Part shown: in pieces, positions 15,261-24,290 of the stretch
Layout: each line of letters starts with the position of its first letter
Position numbering within the stretch: the stretch's first letter is position 1
Assembly (NCBI RefSeq): GCF_000018105.1
Contig: NC_009925.1
Location: 2,580,001-2,612,000, forward strand
Length of the DNA stretch: 32,000 bases
DNA from: Acaryochloris marina MBIC11017
GTDB taxonomy: Bacteria > Cyanobacteriota > Cyanobacteriia > Thermosynechococcales > Thermosynechococcaceae
Direction: 5' to 3'
The notes under the pieces: generated by a model
The model's input: only the letters and a program-made list of their open reading frames with translations
Databases searched by the model: none
Told to the model about the DNA's origin: nothing
Program-made: the position numbers and the translations under genes

Positions 15261-15710
15261 ATGAAACTTACTTATCGCGGTGTTAATTACGACTACAATC
15301 CCCCTGCAGTAGACATGACTTCTAGTGAAGAAGTCGGTCAATATCGTGGATTGGAGTGGAGATTTAGAAACGCTCAAAAACCCCCGGTGATGCAACCCAG
15401 TCTTAACTTGGTTTACCGAGGCGTTGCCTATGAAACAGGCACCCCAGAGCCAGAAGTTGCACCCACCTATACCCCAGCACCTACCACACCTGTGGCTGCT
15501 CCTGCTATTTTGACCGTTCAAAATATGGCTCGGTCATTAATGACATCCCACCACCGCTGGATCAAAAACCGTCAGCAAGCCCTGCTCAGCCGCTCTGCCG
15601 CTGAAGTTGGCTTAAGTGCGGATGCGGCCCATTACTGGAATCATATTCAAGGCAAGGTCCATCCCAGCTTCCGTGGTAGCTATGATCGCTCCCATGCGGC
15701 CTTGAGCTAA
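15261..15710 (+). CDS. DUF4278 domain protein
   Basis: The N-terminus MKLTYRGVNYDYNPP and a second L.YRGV.Y motif are characteristic of the cyanobacterial DUF4278 family. A GGAGG-like RBS (cggaggcgaatcATG) precedes the start and a strong terminator follows the gene. Confidence 0.75.
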   Translation: MKLTYRGVNYDYNPPAVDMTSSEEVGQYRGLEWRFRNAQKPPVMQPSLNLVYRGVAYETGTPEPEVAPTYTPAPTTPVAAPAILTVQNMARSLMTSHHRWIKNRQQALLSRSAAEVGLSADAAHYWNHIQGKVHPSFRGSYDRSHAALS

Positions 15711-15763
15711 TCTCTACAACTTGTTCCGTTAGGGATCCATTTTTACAACAATCACTTATCTCT

Positions 15764-15792
15764 TCACCTCCTTTAGGGAGGTGATTTTTTTT
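15764..15792 (+). terminator. Rho-independent terminator
   Basis: An 8-bp stem, TCACCTCC (15764-15771) / GGAGGTGA (15777-15784), has a 5-nt loop and is followed by T8 (15785-15792). Confidence 0.85.
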
Positions 15793-15951
15793 GACCATTC
15801 TGTGCTGCACTACCCGATCAAAATGGAGCATGGCATAATTAATTCTCACCCATAAAAAAATAACCGCTTTCCTCCTCAAAGCAGTTAAAAATTCTTCGTA
15901 TTACTGTGTTCCAAAAATGTAATCTTCTATTGAAATAAGTGCTTTACCATT

Positions 15952-16848
15952 GTGTCTTCAGCCCCTAAGCCCCAACTGTTTATCCCTGCAACTTCCTGCC
16001 TGTCTCATCAAGCCCTAACCGAGGGCGGCTTTTGGACTCCATCCGTCTCGATGGCACGGTTTTCTCCTTATCCCCCCCAAGGATATTATCGAACCTTGGT
16101 GGGGCAAGCATTATGGACCCTAGGACGAGAAAAGGCCTGTTCTATCGCCTTTGACGATGTCACCCTATCGCGACAACATGCTTTAATTTTCACGACCCCC
16201 CTACAAGAGTATTACTTGTCAGACCTGGGCAGCTTGAACGGTTCTTTTATCAATGAACAACGGGTGCTCCACCCCACCTGCCTACAGCATGGCGATCAGG
16301 TGAAATTAGGGCGGTTGAGCATGGAGTTTCAGCTGGCCTCAGGATTGGAACCATTCCAACCGCATCGCAACCAAAAGCTCGTCCTCATGATCCAGCCGTC
16401 TGCCACCCAAGGCAAACTCTGGCAAGAGCTGCTGATCTATCAGGGCGTAACCGTCATCTGGGAAAAGCTATCCACCAGCGAGGAGCTAAAAACCTGTTTA
16501 GATAACTATGCTCTAAATGAAAGTCGATTACCGGATCTCTTGCTGATTGAAGCTGAGACCTTAGACCCCAATCCCTATGAGTTCTGTCGCTGGAGCCATG
16601 AAGCCTATCCATCGGTGAAAGTAGTCCTCACCTGTCGAGGACGCACTGAGGTTCTGCCCTCTGAATTGCGATGGGCAAAAGAACAAGGGGCCACGGATTT
16701 ACTCCCAGCTTTCCGAGAAGACAATATGCTGACTCGGGTGGTGGATATGGTGGCCCAAGTCAACATTGTCCTCAAGCTTCTCGGTAGCCAAGAACTTGAA
16801 CAACAGACTGTAGCGACCGACTTTTTCTCGCTCCTCAAGGATCTCTAA
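15952..16848 (+). CDS. FHA-domain protein with a C-terminal receiver-like (degenerate) domain
   Basis: The FHA signature is TLGREKACSIAFDDVTLSRQHALIF...YYLSDLGSLNGSFINEQRV...GDQVKLG. The C-terminal half has a CheY-like beta-alpha pattern (KLVLMIQ, DLLLIEAE, VKVVLTCRG, GATDLLPAF) but lacks the acidic pocket, the phospho-Asp and the Lys. The start is ambiguous: GTG at 15952 or ATG at 16048. Confidence 0.7.
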   Translation: MSSAPKPQLFIPATSCLSHQALTEGGFWTPSVSMARFSPYPPQGYYRTLVGQALWTLGREKACSIAFDDVTLSRQHALIFTTPLQEYYLSDLGSLNGSFINEQRVLHPTCLQHGDQVKLGRLSMEFQLASGLEPFQPHRNQKLVLMIQPSATQGKLWQELLIYQGVTVIWEKLSTSEELKTCLDNYALNESRLPDLLLIEAETLDPNPYEFCRWSHEAYPSVKVVLTCRGRTEVLPSELRWAKEQGATDLLPAFREDNMLTRVVDMVAQVNIVLKLLGSQELEQQTVATDFFSLLKDL

Positions 16849-16861
16849 ACGCCGCAAATGA

Positions 16862-17179
16862 CTAGAGTAAAGGCTGTACGCGACTGACAATATCTTCCGG
16901 CGGTAAGACCCCTTCAATCCGTTCCACGGGTTGACCATCCTTAAATAACACGAGGGTCGGCAAGGCATGGATATGGTATTCCGTTGCCAGCTCTGGGTAA
17001 CGCTCGGTATCAATTTTGACCACTTGGACCTTATCTTTCAACAAGGTGCTGACCTGCTCCAGGATGGGGACCAACATCCGACAAGGCCCACACCAAATTG
17101 CATAGAAATCGACTAGGACAGGTTTATCAGATCCAGCTAAAAGTTCGGCAAAATTTTTGTATTGCTTTTTTGTGGCCAT
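16862..17179 (-). CDS. trxA: Thioredoxin
   Basis: 105 aa with the active site WCGPC (FYAIWCGPCRM) and the overall thioredoxin-fold sequence. Confidence 0.9.
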   Translation of the reverse strand: MATKKQYKNFAELLAGSDKPVLVDFYAIWCGPCRMLVPILEQVSTLLKDKVQVVKIDTERYPELATEYHIHALPTLVLFKDGQPVERIEGVLPPEDIVSRVQPLL

Positions 17180-17312
17180 AGGGAGAGTCTAGGTAGGAAT
17201 CTTTTCAATCCTAGACCCAGAATTTAGGCATTGGCAGGGATGTCGTTATTCATTTCAGGTTTAGGTGTAACCCTAAGATGTAGAGCTACACCAGACTTCA
17301 AATCTCTCCTCT

Positions 17313-19367
17313 TCAGTTCAAATTGAGCTGGGGATTTTCCATCAATTCACTGAAATCATTGAGATCCACACAGCGCTGCTGATCCAGCTGTTGCAAGTAG
17401 CGCTTTTCTTGGTAATAGAGCCGTTTAATTTCATCCAGCTCTTGCAGACAATAGGAGTCTTCCTCTAGTAAACTCTGGGCCTGCTCCGATTCATCCATCA
17501 ACATCTGTTGTAGATAAGTGTTGAGGATTTGCCGCTGACCCAGTTCTTTTTTTGCGGATTTCATCGCCGATTCCCACATTTGCAGCAGATGCCGACAGCG
17601 CTTCTCACACGCGATCCGCTCTAGACTAGCCGCTGCTGCCCGAATGGAGAGGTTGGGGCGGAGGATATCCAGTTCTGTTTTTTCGTTCAGCTGAATCAGG
17701 TGGTAAACCTGCTGCATTTCCTGCGAATACTCGGTACAAAGATCCTGGACCACAGCGATTAGATCAAAGGCAGGGGCTTCCAGTTCAGGATGTAAGGGCT
17801 CTAACTTGGCCTGATCATCTTCAATGGCTAAAATTTGCCGCCATAGAAACCGATGGTGGGAAAAACTGAATTCTATATCCCGCTGTTTCATGGCGTTGTG
17901 AATATCTTGCCGAAACTGGGGTCGATGCAGATAAATACGAAGGATTTGGGCTTCCGCTGCTTCCCGCAGGGTGTAGTCGGCCGGGCGCTGCCATTTTTGC
18001 GATCGCCCATGCCAGCGTTGGCCGCGAACCTGCTGGCGCAGCGCTTCTTCCAGCTGCAGGGCCAAGCGAGAATCCCCCTGACTGAGGAGGCCTGCACAGC
18101 GATGGGTATAGTGGGTGCGCAGGGTGGCGTTGGGCAGCTTTCCTAAAATAGCCGCAATGGCTTCCGTGGCTGCTTGGAACTGTTCGGCCTGCTGCAAATC
18201 CCGATCTTGCAGAGCCCGGTGAATTTGCCAGTCTAGCCACAGGGGGGACTCATCGAGCAAATCCAGATAGTCTTCTGCCGTATACTCCTGCAGATACTCA
18301 TCCGCATCTTTGCCATTGGGCAAATTCAAGACTCGGAGCTGAACTTCACCCCGATAGGCCTGGTCTTCAACTTCAGAAATCGCTCGTTCTGCGGCTTTAC
18401 CGCCTGCTGCATCCGCATCGAAATTGAGAATGACCTGTTTGGATTCGGTGTAACGCAGCAACTGCCGCATCTGGTCCAAGCTTAGGGCTGTTCCCATAGA
18501 GGCAACGGCATTAGTGATGCCTACAGAATGCAGGGCAATCACGTCAAAATAGCCTTCGACCACCACCGCCCGGTCGGCCTTGACGATGGTTTGCCGAGCT
18601 TTATCTAGACCAAATAGGAGTTTGCCTTTATTGAAGAGTTCTGTTTCTGGGGAGTTGAGATATTTGGGTTCCTCTCCTGTGAGGGTGCGGCTGCCAAATC
18701 CCACCACCCGGCTTTGGGCATCGTGGATCGGTATCATTAAGCGATCGCGGAACCGATCGTAATATCCATCCCCAGACTTGCGGGGCACAATCAATCCTGC
18801 CTGCTGGACCAATTCTGGGCTAAATCCCTTCTCCTGAACCAACACATCATGGAGGGTACTCCAGCCTCCCGGAGCATAGCCCAGCTGAAAGGTTTGAATG
18901 GTTTCATTGCTGAGTCCCCGCTGGTTACGCGCATAGCGGAGGGCATTTTGGCCCTGGGGCTGGCGGAGGGCATGTTCGTAATACCGACTTGCGATCGCCA
19001 AAATCTCATAGAGCTGCTCTCGCAGGGACAGCTTACGGGCTAGCTTTTTCTCTTCGTCTTTAGCGAGGGTTTGGATAGGAACTTGACTGCGCTGGGCCAA
19101 ATCGAGGACGACTTCACTAAAGGACCGCTGGCCAATCTCCATCAAAAACTTGATGGCATTGCCACCAGCTCCACAGCCAAAGCAGTAATAGAACTGTTTC
19201 TCGGGGCTAACACTAAAGCTGGGGGTTTTCTCGTCGTGAAATGGGCAGCAGCCCACTAAGTTCCGCCCCTGCTTGCGCAAGCTGACATGCTCGGAAACCA
19301 CATCGACAATGTCGGTAGCTTGGCGAACCTGCTCAATCGTATCGGGGTGGAGGCGGGGCGTAGTCAT
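17313..19367 (-). CDS. dnaG: DNA primase
   Basis: It has a CHC2 zinc finger (CCPFHDEKTPSFSVSPEKQFYYCFGCGAGGNAIKF), an RNA polymerase core and a TOPRIM domain (VVVEGYFDVIALH...ILNFDADAAGGKAAERA). Length 684 aa. Confidence 0.92.
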   Translation of the reverse strand: MTTPRLHPDTIEQVRQATDIVDVVSEHVSLRKQGRNLVGCCPFHDEKTPSFSVSPEKQFYYCFGCGAGGNAIKFLMEIGQRSFSEVVLDLAQRSQVPIQTLAKDEEKKLARKLSLREQLYEILAIASRYYEHALRQPQGQNALRYARNQRGLSNETIQTFQLGYAPGGWSTLHDVLVQEKGFSPELVQQAGLIVPRKSGDGYYDRFRDRLMIPIHDAQSRVVGFGSRTLTGEEPKYLNSPETELFNKGKLLFGLDKARQTIVKADRAVVVEGYFDVIALHSVGITNAVASMGTALSLDQMRQLLRYTESKQVILNFDADAAGGKAAERAISEVEDQAYRGEVQLRVLNLPNGKDADEYLQEYTAEDYLDLLDESPLWLDWQIHRALQDRDLQQAEQFQAATEAIAAILGKLPNATLRTHYTHRCAGLLSQGDSRLALQLEEALRQQVRGQRWHGRSQKWQRPADYTLREAAEAQILRIYLHRPQFRQDIHNAMKQRDIEFSFSHHRFLWRQILAIEDDQAKLEPLHPELEAPAFDLIAVVQDLCTEYSQEMQQVYHLIQLNEKTELDILRPNLSIRAAAASLERIACEKRCRHLLQMWESAMKSAKKELGQRQILNTYLQQMLMDESEQAQSLLEEDSYCLQELDEIKRLYYQEKRYLQQLDQQRCVDLNDFSELMENPQLNLN

Positions 19368-20537
19368 CCAGGTTGAGAGGGCAATTTGACACCCATTCCG
19401 TGGGAGAAGCGGGAGGCTAAGGCAGTGAGGATTTTAAAAGCTGAACACCAATAGGGACGATATCTCTACAGCAGGATCAACAGGGATCAACACGACAGGC
19501 TGATAGAGATTTCAATAGTGCAAGCATACTACTTTATGGTTCCCTATTTGATCGTTTCGGTTTAGATTTTAGCAGTTTAATTTCGATGAGCTGAGGATCA
19601 TTGCAAAGGTTTATTGGCAGATGGGTGTCGAGGAGAGCCAGAAATCCCCGGAGAAAGACTGTTTTCATTCCGCCAGTTAATTTTCACATCCTGAAACCTC
19701 GTGAGTAGCACAAGGATCTATTGATTGATAAACACCCCAGATTTTCTCTCAGAGGTTGACCTTGCTCCTCTTAATACACTCGGCAATCATCACGACTCAT
19801 CAATGGATTGCAAGTATGGATCCCTTTATATTGCTACAGCATGAACCAAAGGAAGCTTGATTTATCCTACACAATGTTCTGGTTTGTTTTGACCCTTTCT
19901 ATCTAGATCTATTCAGAAGAAAAACAAGATTATTATTTATTAAATGAATAATTTGATAGCTTGAATGAGTTAGTAAAATTAATGAATTTTTGTAAGAATA
20001 TGCATAATTTAGCTCAATTGATCAGAAGTTATTATGTGCCTAACCCTTAAAATCTTTAAGGATAGTTATCTATTGCAGACGATCTGTTTTTTAGTGTGTA
20101 TATTTGAATGAGATACAGCTCATCACGTCTAGATACTCATCTCTTGTGGTAGCTTACTATCCTTGTATTGAAAGCTTAATGAACCATTGAGTCTTGAGTC
20201 GTTTCGCCTCAAGAACGTTAAGCCCATTGACCCGCTAAAGCGATAGAAACCTCTTACAATAGTCGTTTCATGATGTGTTATCACTCAATTTATGCTGCGA
20301 ACTAGCTTAGATTTTTGAGTCCTCTACCATACCGTTAGCTGACTGATATCAGACGTCTAATCTAAAGATTCTCCATTTTTAGATAGCCCAGACAATTGGC
20401 TATTCTGAACATCCATAAAATAATGGTTTCTTCGTGAAGCACAATAGCATCTTCGGCAAGATTCAAGCACTTGTACCGCATATTTATATAGCTTTAATTG
20501 GCCTCTTTATTAAATATTTAAAACAGGTATCAGGCTT

Positions 20538-21491
20538 ATGATTATCATTGTTTCAAATCGTCGGGTGAACGAGGATCAAACCGATCACCGCTTGTTTGGA
20601 GAACGGGCGAATGTGAATGGTCTCGATGAAATTCGTTTAGCAACCGCTGACTACGATGAACCCTCACAACGGTGGCATCTATCCCTCGTTCCCGAAGGCG
20701 ATCTAGATGATGAAGACAGCCGCCCTAGCCACCAATTATTTCAGCGCGTTATGGCCGGGATTCAGGCCGGTCAGCATCAGAAAAACTGGGTGTTTTATAT
20801 TCACGGATTTAATCAATCCATGTTAGACAATCTCAATGCTTGTCGTGAAATCCAAACCCTCTATGACGTGGATGTCATTACCTTTGCATGGCCCTCGAAT
20901 CCAGGAGGGTTTGTGCTTGGCGAATATCAGCGCGCGCGACAGGCCGCTAGAGCATCCAGTAATGCCCTAGATCGCACCTTAGAACTGCTCGGGCGCTACC
21001 TAGCTAGCCGTTCCCTGGTAGAGATGCGGAACTGCCAGATTAGCCTAAATCTCCTCGTGCATAGCTTAGGCAATTATTTATTTGAGGATTTTGTCCGGGA
21101 TCCGGTCTTTAGTGATGAAACTCGCATCTTCGACAACATTATCTTTCACCAAGCGGATGCCGATAATCGCAACCATGCTCAATGGGTTGATCGCGTAGAG
21201 CATGGTCGCCGTATCTACATCACCCTCCATGAGGATGATTCAACCCTCAAAGCATCTGACATTATCAATCCAGGTCGCTTGGGCAATACCCTGGCCAATT
21301 TAAATGCCCAACGAGCAATCTATCTCGATTTTACGAATGGAGAGAATGTCGGCCGGTCCCATAACTTTTTTGATGGTCAGATTGAGAATGTCACCATCCA
21401 AACCATTTTTACCCGTCTACTCAATGGTCAGCGAGGAGAAACCGTAGCTGGCTTAAGCTTCGATCCAACCCTGAATGCTTTTCGGCTATAG
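20538..21491 (+). CDS. Alpha/beta hydrolase, DUF900-like (putative lipase/esterase)
   Basis: WVFYIHGFNQS (oxyanion region) and LLVHSLGNYL (nucleophile elbow; Ser codon at 21063-21065) match the DUF900-type alpha/beta hydrolase pattern. Length 317 aa, no signal peptide. Confidence 0.65.
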   Translation: MIIIVSNRRVNEDQTDHRLFGERANVNGLDEIRLATADYDEPSQRWHLSLVPEGDLDDEDSRPSHQLFQRVMAGIQAGQHQKNWVFYIHGFNQSMLDNLNACREIQTLYDVDVITFAWPSNPGGFVLGEYQRARQAARASSNALDRTLELLGRYLASRSLVEMRNCQISLNLLVHSLGNYLFEDFVRDPVFSDETRIFDNIIFHQADADNRNHAQWVDRVEHGRRIYITLHEDDSTLKASDIINPGRLGNTLANLNAQRAIYLDFTNGENVGRSHNFFDGQIENVTIQTIFTRLLNGQRGETVAGLSFDPTLNAFRL

Positions 21492-21583
21492 CCCCATGAT
21501 GTCGGTTTAGCCTCAGTGGGCTCATGACTCTGAACATTTCTGTGTGAGACCTGCATCGTTTTTGTCTTCTAGAGGAGGAATAT

Positions 21584-23335
21584 ATGTCTCGTAAACCATG
21601 GCACCAGCTTAAAACCCCCCTAGCCCTGATTAAGCTGCTCCAATTCCGAAATCGACTACGGGAAAATAATTTGCATGATACGGCTGCGATCGCACCCACA
21701 GATCACCTCCCCAAACCCAAGCCCAGTCCCGATGGTCGCCATTTTCGCGCCCGCACCGATGATGGCAGCTTTAACGATCTAGACCACCCTGAGATGGGAA
21801 TGGCTGGCACTCGGTTTGGTCGAAATGTGCCCTTGCAAGATGTCTATCCCGATGAGAAGGCTCTCTTAACGCCCAATCCGCGGGAGATTAGCCGTAAGGT
21901 GATGACTCGGGATGAGTTTATTCCCGCCACGATTTTGAATGTGCTAGCTGCCGCCTGGATCCAGTTTGAAAACCACGACTGGTTTTCCCATGGCGACAAC
22001 CAAACCAAACAGAAATTTCAGCTGCCCTTGGCGGACGATGATGACTGGCCTGCAGAGCATCGTCCCTTAGAGGTGGGTAAAACCGCCATTGATGAGACCC
22101 GCAAGGGAGATGAAAGCGGTGGTCCCCCCACCTTTATTAACACTGTCACCCACTGGTGGGATGGGTCTCAAATCTACGGCAGTGATAGCGCAACCGTTGC
22201 TAAACTCCGTTCCCATAAAGATGGCAAACTCACCATGGGAGACGATGGCCTATTGCCGTTAGATGATGGTGGCGTGGATTCCACTGGCTTTAACGATAAT
22301 TGGTGGGTGGGGCTGTCCTTACTGCATACGCTATTTGCCAAAGAGCATAATTTTATTTGCGATCGCCTCAAAGCGGAGTATCCATCCTGGTCCGATGACC
22401 AACTATTTGACCAAGCCCGCCTGATCAATGCTGCCTTAACCGCCAAAATCCACACGGCAGAATGGACCCCCGCCATTTTGCCCCTACCTGCCACCGATAT
22501 CGCCCTCAACGTCAACTGGGCAGGCTTCCTCGGGGAAGATTTTAGATATCTCTTTGGACATATCGGCGAAGGAGAACTGCTGAGCGGCATCCCAGGCTCC
22601 TCGACAGACCACCATACGGCCCCCTACTACCTAACGGAAGAATTTGTGTCCGTGTATCGGATGCATCCCCTAATCCCGGATGACTACCAATACTATGACC
22701 TGCAAGGAAAACTTCTGCAGGAGAGTGACTTTATGGCCTCTTCCGGCAAGCGGACCCGAGCCTTGGTGGAGGCGGTGGGGATGGACAATCTGTTCTACTC
22801 TTTGGGTATTACCCATCCAGGGGCCGTGACCCTCCATAACTTCCCTCGGTTTCTGCAGCTCCACAAGCGGGATAACGGGGAAGTCTTCGATCTAGCCGCC
22901 GTCGATATCCTCCGAGATCGCGAACGGGGAGTGCCTCGGTATAACCGCTTCCGAGAGTTAATCGGACGTAGCCGAGTTAAAAGTTTTGAGGAAATCACCA
23001 GCAATCCTGTTTGGGCCAAGGAACTACGGGAGGTCTATAACAACGACATCAACGCGGTTGATCTGATGGTAGGCATGTTTGCCGAAGATCTACCCGAAGG
23101 CTTTGGCTTTAGCGACACCGCCTTTCGCGTCTTTATCCTGATGGCCTCTCGCCGTCTGAAGAGCGATCGCTTCCTAAGCAAGGACTACCGCGCAGAAATT
23201 TATACCCCCTTCGGCTTGGAATGGATCTATCGCAACAATTTCATTACCCTCCTCAAACGTCACTACCCCAAACTGGCTCCTGCCCTAGTCGGCGTCAGCA
23301 ATGGCTTTGCCCCTTGGCGCAATCTTAGTCATTAG
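21584..23335 (+). CDS. Haem dioxygenase of the animal-peroxidase/cyclooxygenase superfamily (alpha-dioxygenase / linoleate dioxygenase-like)
   Basis: Motifs shared with plant alpha-DOX and COX are AAWIQFENHDWF (distal His, 21974-21976), THWWDGSQIYGS, LLHTLFAKEHNFICDRLK, IHTAEWTPAIL, FVSVYRMHPLIPD (Tyr 22655-22657 and proximal His 22664-22666, equivalent to YHWH in COX) and RERGVPRYNRFRE. A GGAGGA RBS lies 7 nt upstream of the ATG. Confidence 0.85.
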   Translation: MSRKPWHQLKTPLALIKLLQFRNRLRENNLHDTAAIAPTDHLPKPKPSPDGRHFRARTDDGSFNDLDHPEMGMAGTRFGRNVPLQDVYPDEKALLTPNPREISRKVMTRDEFIPATILNVLAAAWIQFENHDWFSHGDNQTKQKFQLPLADDDDWPAEHRPLEVGKTAIDETRKGDESGGPPTFINTVTHWWDGSQIYGSDSATVAKLRSHKDGKLTMGDDGLLPLDDGGVDSTGFNDNWWVGLSLLHTLFAKEHNFICDRLKAEYPSWSDDQLFDQARLINAALTAKIHTAEWTPAILPLPATDIALNVNWAGFLGEDFRYLFGHIGEGELLSGIPGSSTDHHTAPYYLTEEFVSVYRMHPLIPDDYQYYDLQGKLLQESDFMASSGKRTRALVEAVGMDNLFYSLGITHPGAVTLHNFPRFLQLHKRDNGEVFDLAAVDILRDRERGVPRYNRFRELIGRSRVKSFEEITSNPVWAKELREVYNNDINAVDLMVGMFAEDLPEGFGFSDTAFRVFILMASRRLKSDRFLSKDYRAEIYTPFGLEWIYRNNFITLLKRHYPKLAPALVGVSNGFAPWRNLSH

Positions 23336-23345
23336 GGCCTGTTCT

Positions 23346-24263
23346 ATGAAACACCAAACCGAAATCCAGCAATACTGGCCAGCAGCTCAGGACTTTGATC
23401 CGTTACCTGCAGACTATTCCAATTGGTCAGCGCAAAAAAAGCAGGCTTTTCTCTGGGATGAACGCATCCTCCAATCCACCTATGACCAAAACCCACCCAT
23501 TCCTCGGATCAATATTGTCGGGCTCATCTTGACCCCACTCATGATCAAAATGGATCGCCTGGAAGATGAAGCCCCCAGCCGTTGGCGCAAAGCTATCCAC
23601 CCCCATGGCGCTGTGGCCAAAATCAAGTTTGTCCCAGCGGGCGATAGTCCCTATACCGGACTGTTTAAAGGCGCAGACTATGGCTTGCTGAGGGCTTCTC
23701 TCACGGGCGATCCAGCAGATCGGGGATTTGCCCCTGGTCTAGCGATTAAGTTGCTGGCAGATGGCCAGCCTTCCGGCAACTTTTCTGCCCTCGTATCCCT
23801 CTCCGGTCAAGGCCAAAACTATAATTTCCTGGCTCATCGATTCTCCAATATTGTGCCTGTGGCTCAGGAGTTTGGCCCCCGATTCACGAACCTAATTTTT
23901 CGTCGGGTCACCAAATACCCTACCCGTATTGACCTTCAACACTTAGGTTCTACTACCCAGCAGGGTCAGGTCGAAGCACAGCCCCATACCCCCACCCAAG
24001 TCTTTCTCGTTCCCAATCCTGACCTGCAGTTTGCTGAAAGCCCCCATGACTTCCGAGCGGATCTGGCCCACATTCCCCCAGGTACCCAGTTGTTTTCTAT
24101 CTATGCAACGGATGCGGTCGATCCAGACGGGGAAACGATGACGGCTGGCGATCAACCTCAAGCCCAACTAATCGGACATTTGGAGACCACCTCCGAGTTT
24201 GTGGCTTCCTTCTACGGCGACAGTCAGCTCTTCTTTCGGCATCAGCGCTTCCGTAACCAGTAG
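23346..24263 (+). CDS. Small catalase-related haem protein (candidate fatty-acid hydroperoxide-transforming enzyme)
   Basis: RKAIHPHGAVAKIKF matches the catalase distal-His motif H-x-x-G-A-x-A-x-x-x-F (His codon 23598-23600). The C-terminal SFYGDSQLFFRHQR resembles the catalase proximal-Tyr motif FSY-x-D-T-Q-x-x-R (Tyr codon 24213-24215). At about 305 aa it is comparable to known ~33-kDa mini-catalases. It starts 10 nt after the dioxygenase stop. The track ORF start at 23301 overlaps the upstream gene and is unlikely to be real. Confidence 0.6.
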   Translation: MKHQTEIQQYWPAAQDFDPLPADYSNWSAQKKQAFLWDERILQSTYDQNPPIPRINIVGLILTPLMIKMDRLEDEAPSRWRKAIHPHGAVAKIKFVPAGDSPYTGLFKGADYGLLRASLTGDPADRGFAPGLAIKLLADGQPSGNFSALVSLSGQGQNYNFLAHRFSNIVPVAQEFGPRFTNLIFRRVTKYPTRIDLQHLGSTTQQGQVEAQPHTPTQVFLVPNPDLQFAESPHDFRADLAHIPPGTQLFSIYATDAVDPDGETMTAGDQPQAQLIGHLETTSEFVASFYGDSQLFFRHQRFRNQ

Positions 24264-24290
24264 TCCGTCACTCTGCCATAAGGAAATCCT

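Noticed and set aside
15183-15879. Minus-strand ORFs 15183-15521 and 15586-15879
   Set aside because: They are antisense to the DUF4278 gene, which has an RBS, a family-typical N-terminus and a strong terminator. The second ORF also runs through that terminator.
17821-19259. Multiple ORFs inside dnaG (for example 17821-18240 -, 17853-18146 +, 18791-19009 -, 19071-19259 +)
   Set aside because: They are off-frame or antisense to the 684-aa primase ORF, which has zinc-finger and TOPRIM motifs.
19368-20537. Possible tRNA, rRNA, riboswitch or small protein gene in the AT-rich gap
   Set aside because: I found no T-loop/anticodon-arm pattern or any known riboswitch core by eye. The small ATG-initiated ORFs I checked there were short (13-16 codons) and lacked RBSs. 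The region is kept as a finding and not annotated as a feature.
21421-21699. 92-aa minus-strand ORF spanning the hydrolase/dioxygenase junction
   Set aside because: It overlaps the ends of two well-supported plus-strand genes and their RBS-containing spacer.
23301-23345. Track start of the catalase-like ORF at 23301, overlapping the dioxygenase by 35 nt
   Set aside because: The first 15 codons overlap the upstream gene. ATG at 23346 (MKHQTEIQQYW) lies 10 nt past the upstream stop and is the more parsimonious start.
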